A stretch of 64,000 nucleotides of DNA from Mustelus asterias (GCF_964213995.1 NC_135807.1:96906001-96970000); one strand, 5' to 3'. Counted from the first letter of the stretch, positions 24,321 to 37,000 are shown. The notes: generated by a model from the letters alone, not told the origin. Translations and numbers: made by a program.

Positions 24321-26327
24321 GACTTGAAGTCAGCCTACCACCAGCTCCCCATTCGCCCAGAGGACCGCAAATACACGGCCTTTGAGGCGGATGGCCGTCC
24401 CTACCACTTCTTAAGGATCCCTTTTGGCGTCACTAATGGGGTCTCGGTCTTCCAGCGTGAGATGGACCGAATGGTGGACCAAAACGGGCTACGGGCTACC
24501 TTCTCGTACCTGGACAACGTCACTATCTGCGGCCATGACCAGCAGGACCACGACGCCAACCTCCTGAAGTTTTTACGCACTGCGTCTCGCCTGAATCTGA
24601 CCTATAACAGGGAGAAGTGTGTATTCAGCAAGCACCGCCTAGCAATCCTCGGATACGTGGTGGAAAACGGGGTAATCGGCCCCGATCCAGACCGTATGCG
24701 CCCCCTCCTTGAACTTCCCCTACCCACTAGCATCAAAGCACTGAGAAGATGCTTAGGCTTCTTCTCGTATTACGCACAGTGGGTTCCCAATTATGCGGAC
24801 AAAGCCCGTCCGTTCATAAAGTCTACCTCTTTTCCCCTGGCAGCAGAGGCTCGCTTAGCCTTTGAAGGGATAAAAGCTGACATCGTGAAAGCCACGATGC
24901 ACGCTGTCGATGAGTCCATCCCCTTCCAGGTAGAGAGTGATGCATCTGATTTCGCCCTGGCCGCCACACTTAACCAGGCGGGCAGGCCCGTCGCCTTTTT
25001 CTCTCGCACCCTCCAAGGCCCTGAAATTCGGCACTCCTCTGTGGAAAAAGAGGCTCAGGCCATTGTGGAGGCCGTACGGCATTGGCGCCATTATTTGGCT
25101 GGAAAACGATTCACCCTGCTCACGGACCAGCGGTCCGTGGCATTCATGCTCAACAACACGTTAAGGGGTAAAATTAAGAATGATAAAATCTTGAGGTGGA
25201 GAATCGAACTCTCCACCTACAACTATGATATCATGTACCGTCCGCGGAAGCCCAATGAGCCCTCAGATGCCCTGTCGCGTGGAACATGTGCCAGTGTGCA
25301 GGAGGACCGGCTACAGGCCCTCCACAATGATCTCTGCCATCCGGGGATCACTCGGCTCTTCCATTTTGTAAAGACCCGGAATCTGCCCTACTCCATAGAG
25401 GATGTCAGGTCGATAACTCGAAGCTGCCAGGTATGTGCTGAATGCAAGCCGCACTTCTACCGACCTGACAGGGCACACCTCATTAAGGCCACTCACCCTT
25501 TTGAACGACTGAGTGTTGATTTCAAGGGCCCCCTTCCTTCGACAGATCGGAATGTGTGTTTCCTCAACATGGTTGACGAGTACTCCCGATTCCCTTTTGC
25601 CATTCCCTGTTCTGACATGTCCGCTGCCACGGTCATCAAAGCCCTGCGGAGTCTTTTTACCCTGTTCGGCTACCCCAGTTATATCCACAGTGATAGGGGT
25701 TCGTCGTTTATGAGCGACGACTTGAGGCAATACCTGCTCTCTAAAGGAATTGCCTCAAGTAGGACTACGAGTTACAATCCTTGGGGTAACGGGCAGGTCG
25801 AAAGAGAAAACGCTACAGTCTGGAAGGCTGTCTTACTGGCGTTGAGGTCTAGGGGTCTTCCAGTCTCCCGTTGGCAAGAGGTACTTTCTGATGCGCTCCA
25901 TTCAATCTGGTCCCTCCTGTGTACGGCAACCAATGCTACCCCACATGAGCGGATGTTTACCTTCCCTAGGAAGTCTTCCTCTGGGACCTCACTGCCGTCT
26001 TGGTTGACATACTCAGGACCTGTCCTCCTGCGGCGGCATGTAAGGACCCGCAAGTCCGACCCTTTGGTTGAACAGGTCCATCTCCTCCACGCCAACCCTC
26101 AATATGCCTATGTAGCATATCCTGACGGGCGAGAGGACACGGTCTCTATCCGAGATCTGGCGCCTGCAGGGGACCTGGAAACCCCCGTCGCTCCCGCACC
26201 CCTGGTTAGTGTTCCTTTGCCCATTCTCTCCCCTCCTGACACGGCGCGGGCAGTATCGGGACCTCCGCTTAATCCTCTTACTCCCGTGTACAGCTTGCCT
26301 GAGTCCAGGAGATTGTCGCCACCTTAA
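24321..26327 (+). CDS. pol: Gypsy pol remainder: RT (YLDN), RNase H, integrase
   Basis: DLKSAYHQ, PFGVTNG, YLDNV, ESDASD, EKEA, TDQR, HHCC (H..CHPG...CQVC), SVDFKGP, HSDRG, GNGQVERE; open frame throughout. Confidence 0.93.
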   Translation, partial: DLKSAYHQLPIRPEDRKYTAFEADGRPYHFLRIPFGVTNGVSVFQREMDRMVDQNGLRATFSYLDNVTICGHDQQDHDANLLKFLRTASRLNLTYNREKCVFSKHRLAILGYVVENGVIGPDPDRMRPLLELPLPTSIKALRRCLGFFSYYAQWVPNYADKARPFIKSTSFPLAAEARLAFEGIKADIVKATMHAVDESIPFQVESDASDFALAATLNQAGRPVAFFSRTLQGPEIRHSSVEKEAQAIVEAVRHWRHYLAGKRFTLLTDQRSVAFMLNNTLRGKIKNDKILRWRIELSTYNYDIMYRPRKPNEPSDALSRGTCASVQEDRLQALHNDLCHPGITRLFHFVKTRNLPYSIEDVRSITRSCQVCAECKPHFYRPDRAHLIKATHPFERLSVDFKGPLPSTDRNVCFLNMVDEYSRFPFAIPCSDMSAATVIKALRSLFTLFGYPSYIHSDRGSSFMSDDLRQYLLSKGIASSRTTSYNPWGNGQVERENATVWKAVLLALRSRGLPVSRWQEVLSDALHSIWSLLCTATNATPHERMFTFPRKSSSGTSLPSWLTYSGPVLLRRHVRTRKSDPLVEQVHLLHANPQYAYVAYPDGREDTVSIRDLAPAGDLETPVAPAPLVSVPLPILSPPDTARAVSGPPLNPLTPVYSLPESRRLSPP

Positions 26328-26534
26328 GGTCCACCCGTGCGTGAGGAACTGGAGGAGTCACGGGACACCACCTTGGAGAGAGGGACACCACGGTCACCAG
26401 AACCGGCACTACCGACAGTGCTGTGGAGGTTGCAGAGACGGTGCGGACCTCCGATACGACTGAACTTGTGAATATATGGACAGTTCGTACGGTTTTTTTG
26501 CCTCACCAGCCTTTGTTTTTAAAGGAGGGGTGAA

Positions 26535-26811
26535 TGTGGTGAACCATAGATGGTTACCACTATGGGTACTTGTACATATGTTACTCTTGTTCCTGTTGGG
26601 GTTAGGGTTGGGGTGTTCCACCTGTTAGCATTGTTCTGTGGTACACTCCGGTTGGCTCCGCCTTCCTATAGGAGTATAAAGGTCACTGCACTTCCTAGTG
26701 AGTCTTTAGTCTGGGATTGTATTGTTAAGCAGTATGCTCTATTCTTGTTGCGAATAAAAGCCTTTATTACCGGGTACGATCGAGCCTCCCGAGTGAATTA
26801 ATCGCGCATCA
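26535..26811 (+). repeat. 3' LTR
   Basis: TGTGGTGAACC...CGCGCATCA preceded by the PPT. Confidence 0.95.
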
Positions 26812-27469
26812 CCATGTTTAAAAAATATTCAGAGCAATAACAAAGCAGATATAGAAATGTAAAATGTGAGAGATGTTTGTGGAACCATGGCTATGATTAA
26901 CAAGGTATCTGATGTCAATGACTCAATTACAGCACACAAAAACAAATGAAATGATCTCCATTGGAATATAATTGGGGTATAATCTTACACCCCAGCCAAT
27001 CAAACTTTCTCCTTAATCTATTTAATTAAAGTCTCTAAAACCAACTGATATTATTAATGAAGATTTATTCGACACTCGGGTTCTGTGAACAAAGCTTCAA
27101 GCTGTGAATATATATTTGGAGGAGGCAAAAGGGCCTGAGCCCTAAGCCTCACGATTCCTGACTGTCCCAAACTGTCAAATTCCAGTAAGCTGCAGTAACG
27201 TTGGCACCAGTAATACTGGACTTCCATATTGAAGTATATAAGACCAGTTCCAACACGTTTTACTGGTACCTTTCATTCCGAAGATTTTCTGGGGTTTCCA
27301 ACAACTCTGCATTAACCAACCCCTTAATTATTAAAGAATGAGGAAAGACTGGAACTGCCAACTATACCATTCACACCCAAATCTGCTCCAGTCTGTTCGT
27401 CTCTGTAAGAGCAAAGTCTCGGCCTCCAACATTGTCGCTAATGTTTGCTGCTCGGTAAAGAACTGAATC

Positions 27470-28380
27470 AAAGTAAGAGAAACAGAAGGAGAGAAAGAAA
27501 GATGTACCGGGGAGAGAGAGGCTGGGAAGAGGAAGAGTCAGTGAGGGAAGGATGGGAGATAAAGAGACTTGGGGAAAGAGAAAAAGGCTGGGCAGAGAGA
27601 GAGACCCACAGTGCGGAGGGAGAGAGAGACTGGAAAGAGAGTTTGTGGGCAAGTGAAAGATGGGAAAGAGAGAGACTGGACATGAAAGGGAGAAAGGGAC
27701 TGGGTGGAGACAGGGAGAGATGGAGTGGAAAAAGAGAGAGAGAGACTGAGAGTGCAGCTTGAGGCCAGACAGAAAGAGACTGGGAGAGGGACAGAGACAA
27801 GAGGACCACAGAGAGTGAGAGGAAAAGACTGAAAAGAGATAGCGAAATAGAGACGGGGAGAGAGAGAGAGGCTGGAGCGCAAGACAGAGAGCGAAGGACA
27901 GACTGGGACAGAAGGACTAGGGTGGGAAGGAGAAAACTGGCAAACATGATAGCAACTGGGCAGAAATAGAGAGAGGGAGAGATGGACAGAAAGGGAGAGA
28001 GGCAAGCAGAGTGAGACCGGAGCAAGTTGCAGAGACTGCCGATGGAGCAAGTGAAACGGGGGAAAGAAGGAGAAAGACTGGCGTAGAGAGATTGGGGGTA
28101 GAGAGAGAGGGCGAGGGACTGCAAATTAGGGAGTAGGAGAAATATGAAGAGAGAAACATGGGAGATATTGGCAGAGAGAGAGGAATGAGATTGGGAAGAG
28201 AGATAAATGGGGGAGACAGAGAGAGACTGAAGGAGAGACGTAGACTGAGGAAGCAGAGAGAAAATGTCACTGGGATAGAGAAAGAGAGGGATTGCTTTGG
28301 ACAGAGAGAGATAGTGAGAGAGGGACAGAGAGGTAGAGAGAGATTGGGGTCAGATGGGAGAGAGAGGGACAGGGAAAAGA
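27470..28380. repeat. GA-rich tract in the array unit (also about 32000-32910, 36530-37440, 41050-41960)
   Basis: Polypurine GAGA/GACTGG repeats. Confidence 0.9.
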
Positions 28381-28794
28381 GGTTGCCCGTTTGGAAATTG
28401 AGGCAGTGCATTCCAAACTCCCTCCAGACTGTTCCAGCAAGTGGAAACAGGAGCTCCACTCTAAATACTGGTTTGATCCAGTGGAATACTTGAGGCTGAT
28501 GGAGTATGTGGCCTCCTCATTCATTCCTGTCCTCGTCATTGTATGGGATGTGGAGCCCAGGTTTGCCATCTGCAGTACCAATATCTCCTTATGTATATAT
28601 CCAATTCCCATTTGTAAATTACAATTCACTCCAATTCTATTGCAAAGTATTGCATTCGAAATCATAACTTAATCTGTTCAAAATAACTCATCGCCCCCTT
28701 GTATCTACATCCTATGGTTACCATCTGTGCTGCCAGTAGAAACAGTTTCTTCTTGATTATCACAATCCTTCATGATTTTTCAACATCTCTATGA

Positions 28795-28960
28795 GGGAGA
28801 AATGGTGGCCTATTGGCAATGTCACTGGACTAGGAATCCAGAGGCTCAGACTGTTAATCTGAGCAGATGGGCTCAGACCCCACCTTTATCCTACATTTAT
28901 CTGGTCTGGCCCACATGTGATTACAGACCCACAAATGTTAACTGGAACATCCTGTCGACG
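28795..28960 (+). mobile_element. Old, internally deleted tRNA-headed SINE remnant (in each array unit)
   Basis: GGTGGCCTATTGGCAATGTCACTGGACTAGGAATCCAGAG tRNA-like head and CTGGTCTGGCCCACATGTGATTACAGACCCAC core-like segment. Confidence 0.5.
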
Positions 28961-29259
28961 TGAGGAGCTGAAAAATTCCAGCCAGTGTCATTATCTTGAT
29001 TAGTTTTTCTATGTACTCCAGTTCTTGGTTTTTATTCCCAACCATTGTCAGTTCACAAGAAAAAGGTACACACAAAACAATGAATTAATGAAGATTTTAA
29101 GAAGTTCACCCAAGAGACATGGGTGAAGACTTGCCATGTGTCTAACTTTACAACCTTTCCAAATTTTTATGAGCAATTTGTTTTGCCCATCGTATCTTTT
29201 TCAATTTTAATGTTGAGCATCAATGTGTCCGAGAAGGGAGTTTTCATTATGTTGGAACA

Positions 29260-29680
29260 TTGGCATTTAACCAATGACAGGTAGTTAAGTAGGGGCAGCC
29301 TTGGCATGTTGCCAATGACAGGGGCCTGACCTTTGTGCCTGTTTGATGCGTGCACTCGACGGGCCTGCCAGCCAACCAGAAAAGCAGACAGGCCACATGT
29401 GACCCAATTTATGTTTTGGTTGGATGGACTTCTGACTATGGTGTGCGCCCACTAACTGAAATATTGTGCGAGTGCGCGATGATGTTTGGAAGAGTGCTCT
29501 ACATTTTTTCACATACTTTCACCCACCCAAGCAACAAAAACTTCTGGCCAAAGTGTTGTCAGTATGTGGGAGCTTTGGTATGTAGCCAATAACAGGCAGA
29601 TTAATATGTGAGTGCATTGGCAAGTAGCCAATGACAGTGAATTTTGGTCTTTGGAAACATAGGTTTGTATCCAACGACAG
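29260..29680 (+). promoter_or_regulatory. Cluster of five TTGGC-N5-GCCAA-TGACAG composite motifs (NFI palindrome + CCAAT + MEIS/TGIF-type site); repeated in all four array units
   Basis: Sites start at 29260, 29301, 29575, 29617, 29660; two are perfect NFI consensus; function not shown. Confidence 0.5.
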
Positions 29681-29975
29681 AGAGTCTGCTGGCTGATTGA
29701 CATTCACAGTCAGAGAGAGAGTTTGATATGTTCCTGCAGAAACTGGCCTATTTGCAGGGGCCTGCCTCAGTTACTGTTTCCTTTTCAGTGTTGTAAACTT
29801 CCAGCTCGTTTTCTCTCAGCACACAGATTGACAGGCAGACAACAATGACAGGGCAGATACTGTTAGGCAGACAGGCAGTCAGGCAGCTCTGTAACGTAGC
29901 TATTATCCCCCGTCTTTGTACATTGCCAGAGGAAACTGGAATACGTTAGTCCATCTCGGCAATTACACACAGGAC

Positions 29976-31067
29976 AGGCGATTTTGCACCCACATTCAGC
30001 GTCAGCAAGAACGGCTATGCAGGGACAAAATACTGTGAGATTTGAGAATCAAGATTCTTACCGGTGTGATCTCGTTTCCCGATTTTTGCCACCCCTCACT
30101 GGTGATGTATCAAGGTTCACGGCCAAAAAGGGTGGGAACCTCATTTTAATAAATCTCACTAAATTTAAATAGGGTTCAAGCGGGTCCTCAAGATATGTTC
30201 CCCCCTCACTAAATATTCATACCTTGCTGACGTGATGACATGTCTGCGAGGTTCACAACAGCTATTCAAGAACGTGAGGCAGTCGAGGGGAACCCAAAGA
30301 GGGAGGGGGAGAGCCCCCCTCCAGTAGTGCGATGGTGGGGGGGGGTGGTGGTGGAGGATTGGAGAGGGGGAATGTGTCCCCTGATATTGCAGTTGTTGGG
30401 GGGTGGAGTGGGGTCACCCCAATGTTTCTGGGGCTGCGAGAGTGGTTCTCCATGTCCTCGGAGGAGTGGTGTGGAGGGAGGGTGCGTGGAAGTTTATTTT
30501 TAGTGTGCTGATTGGGGCACCCTTTAAAGATGGTGCCCTGATCTCTGTGGAGACGGCCTTGCCGGCTCTTATCAGGCGCCACCTCACCGCAGTGAAGGCA
30601 TAAACCATGGTCCCGGATCTATTTTGTCAGCGTGCCAGAAAGTCTGGTCAGAAAATTTGGCAGTGCATCTGGAGAGATACACACCGGTTTTCAGTCAGAG
30701 CCTGACACTCTGATAAATAGGGGTGGCACAGTGGCACAGTGGTTAGCACTGCTGCCTCACAGCACCAGGGAGCCGGGTTCGATTCCCGGCTTGGGTCACT
30801 GTCTGTGTGGAGTCTGCATATTTTCCCTGTGTCTGCATGGGTTTCCTCCGGGTGCTCTGGTTTCCTCCCACAGTCCAAAGAATGCGGGTTAGGTTGATTG
30901 GCCATGCTAAATTGCCCCTTAGTGTCGGGGGGTTAGTAGGGTAAATAAGTACAGTTGTAGGGATGGGGCCTGGGTGGGATTGTGGTCGGTGCAGACTCGA
31001 TGGGCCGAATGGCCTCCTTCTGTACTATAGGGATCCTCTGATTCTAAATCATGGGAAAATTCCTCCC
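29976..31067. mobile_element. Non-autonomous Harbinger-type element (MITE-like) in the array unit, with nested SINE
   Basis: Termini GGCGATTTT... and ...GGGAAAATTCCTCCC resemble the Harbinger ends at 47013-47027 and 57106-57118; subterminal CACACCGGTTTTC is shared with 46977-46989. Confidence 0.6.
30719..31044 (+). mobile_element. HE1-like SINE with TSD TAAAT (copies at about 35251-35576 and 39770-40095)
   Basis: A box TGGCACAGTGG, B box GGTTCGATTCC, CR1-type tail; TAAAT at 30714-30718 and 31045-31049. Confidence 0.92.
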
Positions 31068-34000
31068 TCGGGCTTTGAGGTGGGATTGTCGTTATGTCTC
31101 TTTGTCTTTACCAGAGATTGTGATCAGTCTTTGGATGCTTATAGAAATATTTTCTCTCGAAACACAATGTTCCTTCGGGAAACTCCCTGTAGCCATGCCA
31201 GTCAGGGGCGAGCTTACATTCTCAGCCATCTTTGGTGTCTGTGCCCATCTTTAAGATACAACATCATACCGGCCAATTGCAATGTGCGCAACAAGCTCAT
31301 TTACCTTGTTCAGGGACCAGGGACCTGGAATTTGTTTCCATGTTTAAAAAATATTCAGAGCAATAACAAAGCAGATATAGAAATGTAAAATGTGAGAGAT
31401 GTTTGTGGAACCATGGCTATGATTAACAAGGTATCTGATGTCAATGACTCAATTACAGCACACAAAAACAAATGAAATGATCTCCATTGGAATATAATTG
31501 GGGTATAATCTTACACCCCAGCCAATCGAACTTTCTCCTTAATCTATTTAATTACAGTCTCTAAAACCAACTGATATTATTAATCAAGATTTATTCCACA
31601 CTCGGGTTCTGTGAACAAAGCTTCAAGCTGTGAATATATATTTGGAGGAGGCAAAAGGGCCTGAGCCCGAAGCCTCACGATTCCTGACTGTCCCAAACTG
31701 TCAAATTCCAGTAAGCTGCAGTAACGTTGGCACCAGTAATACTGGACTTCCATATTGAAGTATATAAGACCAGTTCCAACACGTTTTACTGGTACCTTTC
31801 ATTCCGAAGATTTTCTGGGGTTTCCGACAACTCTGCATTAACCAACCCCTTAATTATTAAAGAATGAGGAAAGACTGGAACTGCCAACTATACCATTCAC
31901 ATCCAAATCTGCTCCAGTCTGTTCGTCTCTGTAAGAGCAAAGTCTCGGCCTCCAACATTGTCGCTAATGTTTGCTGCTCGGGAAAGAACTGAATCAAAGT
32001 AAGAGAAACAGAAGGAGAGAAAGAAAGATGTACCGGGGAGAGGGAGGCTGGGAAGAGGGAGAGTCAGGGAGGGAAGGATGGGAGAGAAAGAGACTTGGGG
32101 AAAGAGAAAAAGGCTGGGCAGAGAGAGAGACCCACAGTGCGGAGGGAGAGAGAGACTGGAAAGAGAGTTTGTGGGCAAGTGAAAGATGGGAAAGAGAGAG
32201 ACTGGACATGAAAGGGAGAAAGGGACTGGGTGGAGAGAGGGAGAGATGGAGTGGAAAAAGAGAGATAGAGAGAGAGACTGAGAGTGCAGCTTGAGGCCAG
32301 ACAGAAAGAGACTGGGAGAGGGACAGAGACAAGAGGACCACAGAGAGTGAGAGGAAAAGACTGAAAAGAGATAGCGAAATAGAGACGGGGAGAGAGAGAG
32401 AGGCTGGAGCGCAAAACAGAGAGCGAAGGACAGACTGGGACAGAAGGACTAGGGCGGGAAGGAGAAAACTGGCAAACATGATAGCAACTGGGCAGAAATA
32501 GAGAGAGGGAGAGATGGACAGAAAGGGAGAGAGGCAAGCAGAGTGAGACCGGAGCAAGTTGCAGAGACTGCCGAGGGAGCAAGTGAAACGGGGGAAAGAA
32601 GGAGAAAGACTGGCGTAGAGAGATTGGGGGTAGAGAGAGAGGGCGAGGGACTGCAAATTAGGGAGTAGGAGAAATATGAAGAGAGAAACATGGGAGATAT
32701 TGGCAGAGAGAGAGGAATGAGATTGGGAAGAGAGATAAATGGGGGAGACAGAGAGAGACTGAAGGAGAGACGTAGACTGAGGAAGCAGAGAGAAAATGTC
32801 ACTGGGATAGAGAAAGAGAGGGATTGCTTTGGACAGAGAGAGATAGTGAGAGAGGGACAGAGAGGTAGAGAGAGATTGGGGTCAGATGGGAGAGAGAGGG
32901 ACAGGGAAAAGAGGTTGCCCGTTTGGAAATTGAGGCAGTGCATTCCAAACTCCCTCCAGACTGTTCCAGCAAGTGGAAACAGGAGCTCCACTCTAAATAC
33001 TGGTTTGATCCAGTGGAATACTTGAGGCTGATGGAGTATGTGGCCTCCTCATTCATTCCTGTCCTCGTCATTGTATGGGATGTGGAGCCCAGGTTTGCCA
33101 TCTGCAGTACCAATATCTCCTTATGTATATATCCAATTCCCATTTGTAAATTACAATTCACTCCAATTCTATTGCAAAGTATTGCATTCGAAATCATAAC
33201 TTAATCTGTTCAAAATAACTCATCGCCCCCTTGTATCTACATCCTATGGTTACCATCTGTGCTGCCAGTAGAAACAGTTTCTTCTTGATTATCACAATCC
33301 TTCATGATTTTTCAACATCTCTATGAGGGAGAAATGGTGGCCTATTGGCAATGTCACTGGACTAGGAATCCAGAGGCTCAGACTGTTAATCTGAGCAGAT
33401 GGGCTCAGACCCCACCTTTATCCTACATTTATCTGGTCTGGCCCACATGTGATTACAGACCCACAAATGTTAACTGGAACATCCTGTCGACGTGAGGAGC
33501 TGAAAAATTCCAGCCAGTGTCATTATCTTGATTAGTTTTTCTATGTACTCCAGTTCTTGGTTTTTATTCCCAACCATTGTCAGTTCACAAGAAAAAGGTA
33601 CACACAAAACAATGAATTAATGAAGATTTTAAGAAGTTCACCCAAGAGACATGGGTGAAGACTTGCCATGTGTCTAACTTTACAACCTTTCCAAATTTTT
33701 ATGAGCAATTTGTTTTGCCCATCGTATCTTTTTCAATTTTAATGTTGAGCATCAATGTGTCCGAGAAGGGAGTTTTCATTATGTTGGAACATTGGCATTT
33801 AACCAATGACAGGTAGTTAAGTAGGGGCAGCCTTGGCATGTTGCCAATGACAGGGGCCTGACCTTTGTGCCTGTTTGATGCGTGCACTCGACGGGCCTGC
33901 CAGCCAACCAGAAAAGCAGACAGGCCACATGTGACCCAATTTATGTTTTGGTTGGATGGACTTCTGACTATGGTGTGCGCCCACTAACTGAAATATTGTG

Positions 34001-37000
34001 CGAGTGCGCGATGATGTTTGGAAGAGTGCTCTACATTTTTTCACATACTTTCACCCACCCAAGCAACAAAAACTTCTGGCCAAAGTGTTGTCAGTATGTG
34101 GGAGCTTTGGTATGTAGCCAATAACAGGCAGATTAATATGTGAGTGCATTGGCAAGTAGCCAATGACAGTGAATTTTGGTCTTTGGAAACATAGGTTTGT
34201 ATCCAACGACAGAGAGTCTGCTGGCTGATTGACATTCACAGTCAGAGAGAGAGTTTGATATGTTCCTGCAGAAACTGGCCTATTTGCAGGGGCCTGCCTC
34301 AGTTACTGTTTCCTTTTCAGTGTTGTAAACTTCCAGCTCGTTTTCTCTCAGCACACAGATTGACAGGCAGACAACAATGACAGGGCAGATACTGTTAGGC
34401 AGACAGGCAGTCAGGCAGCTCTGTAACGTAGCTATTATCCCCCGTCTTTGTACATTGCCAGAGGAAACTGGAATACGTTAGTCCATCTCGGCAATTACAC
34501 ACAGGACAGGCGATTTTGCACCCACATTCAGCGTCAGCAAGAACGGCTATGCAGGGACAAAATACTGTGAGATTTGAGAATCAAGATTCTTACCGGTGTG
34601 ATCTCGTTTCCCGATTTTTGCCACCCCTCACTGGTGATGTATCAAGGTTCACGGCCAAAAAGGGTGGGAACCTCATTTTAATAAATCTCACTAAATTTAA
34701 ATAGGGTTCAAGCGGGTCCTCAAGATATGTTCCCCCCTCACTAAATATTCATACCTTGCTGACGTGATGACATGTCTGCGAGGTTCACAACAGCTATTCA
34801 AGAACGTGAGGCAGTCGAGGGGAACCCAAAGAGGGAGGGGGAGAGCCCCCCTCCAGTAGTGCGATGGTGGGGGGGGGTGGTGGTGGAGGATTGGAGAGGG
34901 GGAATGTGTCCCCTGATATTGCAGTTGTTGGGGGGTGGAGTGGGGTCACCCCAATGTTTCTGGGGCTGCGAGAGTGGTTCTCCATGTCCTCGGAGGAGTG
35001 GTGTGGAGGGAGGGTGCGTGGAAGTTTATTTTTAGTGTGCTGATTGGGGCACCCTTTAAAGATGGTGCCCTGATCTCTGTGGAGACGGCCTTGCCGGCTC
35101 TTATCAGGCGCCACCTCACCGCAGTGAAGGCATAAACCATGGTCCCGGATCTATTTTGTCAGCGTGCCAGAAAGTCTGGTCAGAAAATTTGGCAGTGCAT
35201 CTGGAGAGATACACACCGGTTTTCAGTCAGAGCCTGACACTCTGATAAATAGGGGTGGCACAGTGGCACAGTGGTTAGCACTGCTGCCTCACAGCACCAG
35301 GGAGCCGGGTTCGATTCCCGGCTTGGGTCACTGTCTGTGTGGAGTCTGCATATTTTCCCTGTGTCTGCATGGGTTTCCTCCGGGTGCTCTGGTTTCCTCC
35401 CACAGTCCAAAGAATGCGGGTTAGGTTGATTGGCCATGCTAAATTGCCCCTTAGTGTCGGGGGGTTAGTAGGGTAAATAAGTACAGTTGTAGGGATGGGG
35501 CCTGGGTGGGATTGTGGTCGGTGCAGACTCGATGGGCCGAATGGCCTCCTTCTGTACTATAGGGATCCTCTGATTCTAAATCATGGGAAAATTCCTCCCT
35601 CGGGCTTTGAGGTGGGATTGTCGTTATGTCTCTTTGTCTTTACCAGAGATTGTGATCAGTCTTTGGATGCTTATAGAAATATTTTCTCTCGAAACACAAT
35701 GTTCCTTCGGGAAACTCCCTGTAGCCATGCCAGTCAGGGGCGAGCTTACATTCTCAGCCATCTTTGGTGTCTGTGCCCATCTTTAAGATACAACATCATA
35801 CCGGCCAATTGCAATGTGCGCAACAAGCTCATTTACCTTGTTCAGGGACCAGGGACCTGGAATTTGTTTCCATGTTTAAAAAATATTCAGAGCAATAACA
35901 AAGCAGATATAGAAATGTAAAATGTGAGAGATGTTTGTGGAACCATGGCTATGATTAACAAGGTATCTGATGTCAATGACTCAATTACAGCACACAAAAA
36001 CAAATGAAATGATCTCCATTGGAATATAATTGGGGTATAATCTTACACCCCAGCCAATCGAACTTTCTCCTTAATCTATTTAATTACAGTCTCTAAAACC
36101 AACTGATATTATTAATCAAGATTTATTCCACACTCGGGTTCTGTGAACAAAGCTTCAAGCTGTGAATATATATTTGGAGGAGGCAAAAGGGCCTGAGCCC
36201 GAAGCCTCACGATTCCTGACTGTCCCAAACTGTCAAATTCCAGTAAGCTGCAGTAACGTTGGCACCAGTAATACTGGACTTCCATATTGAAGTATATAAG
36301 ACCAGTTCCAACACGTTTTACTGGTACCTTTCATTCCGAAGATTTTCTGGGGTTTCCGACAACTCTGCATTAACCAACCCCTTAATTATTAAAGAATGAG
36401 GAAAGACTGGAACTGCCAACTATACCATTCACATCCAAATCTGCTCCAGTCTGTTCGTCTCTGTAAGAGCAAAGTCTCGGCCTCCAACATTGTCGCTAAT
36501 GTTTGCTGCTCGGGAAAGAACTGAATCAAAGTAAGAGAAACAGAAGGAGAGAAAGAAAGATGTACCGGGGAGAGGGAGGCTGGGAAGAGGGAGAGTCAGG
36601 GAGGGAAGGATGGGAGAGAAAGAGACTTGGGGAAAGAGAAAAAGGCTGGGCAGAGAGAGAGACCCACAGTGCGGAGGGAGAGAGAGACTGGAAAGAGAGT
36701 TTGTGGGCAAGTGAAAGATGGGAAAGAGAGAGACTGGACATGAAAGGGAGAAAGGGACTGGGTGGAGAGAGGGAGAGATGGAGTGGAAAAAGAGAGATAG
36801 AGAGAGAGACTGAGAGTGCAGCTTGAGGCCAGACAGAAAGAGACTGGGAGAGGGACAGAGACAAGAGGACCACAGAGAGTGAGAGGAAAAGACTGAAAAG
36901 AGATAGCGAAATAGAGACGGGGAGAGAGAGAGAGGCTGGAGCGCAAAACAGAGAGCGAAGGACAGACTGGGACAGAAGGACTAGGGCGGGAAGGAGAAAA

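Larger units (their letters stand above)
20223..26811 (+). mobile_element. Ty3/Gypsy LTR retrotransposon (Mag-like), structurally complete but inactivated
   Basis: Two LTRs TG...CA, polypurine tract AAAGGAGGGGTGAA at 26521-26534, gag-pro-RT-RH-INT order. Confidence 0.96.

Noticed and set aside
28391-28672. 93-aa and other short ORFs repeated in every array unit
   Set aside because: Identity reflects the DNA duplication only; no recognisable domain or convincing splice structure
29260-29680. CRISPR-like repeat-spacer array
   Set aside because: Vertebrate context, degenerate repeats, an irregular 270-bp gap and no cas genes
30724-30800. tRNA-like A/B boxes as tRNA genes
   Set aside because: They are SINE heads followed by SINE core and LINE-type tail, without a complete cloverleaf
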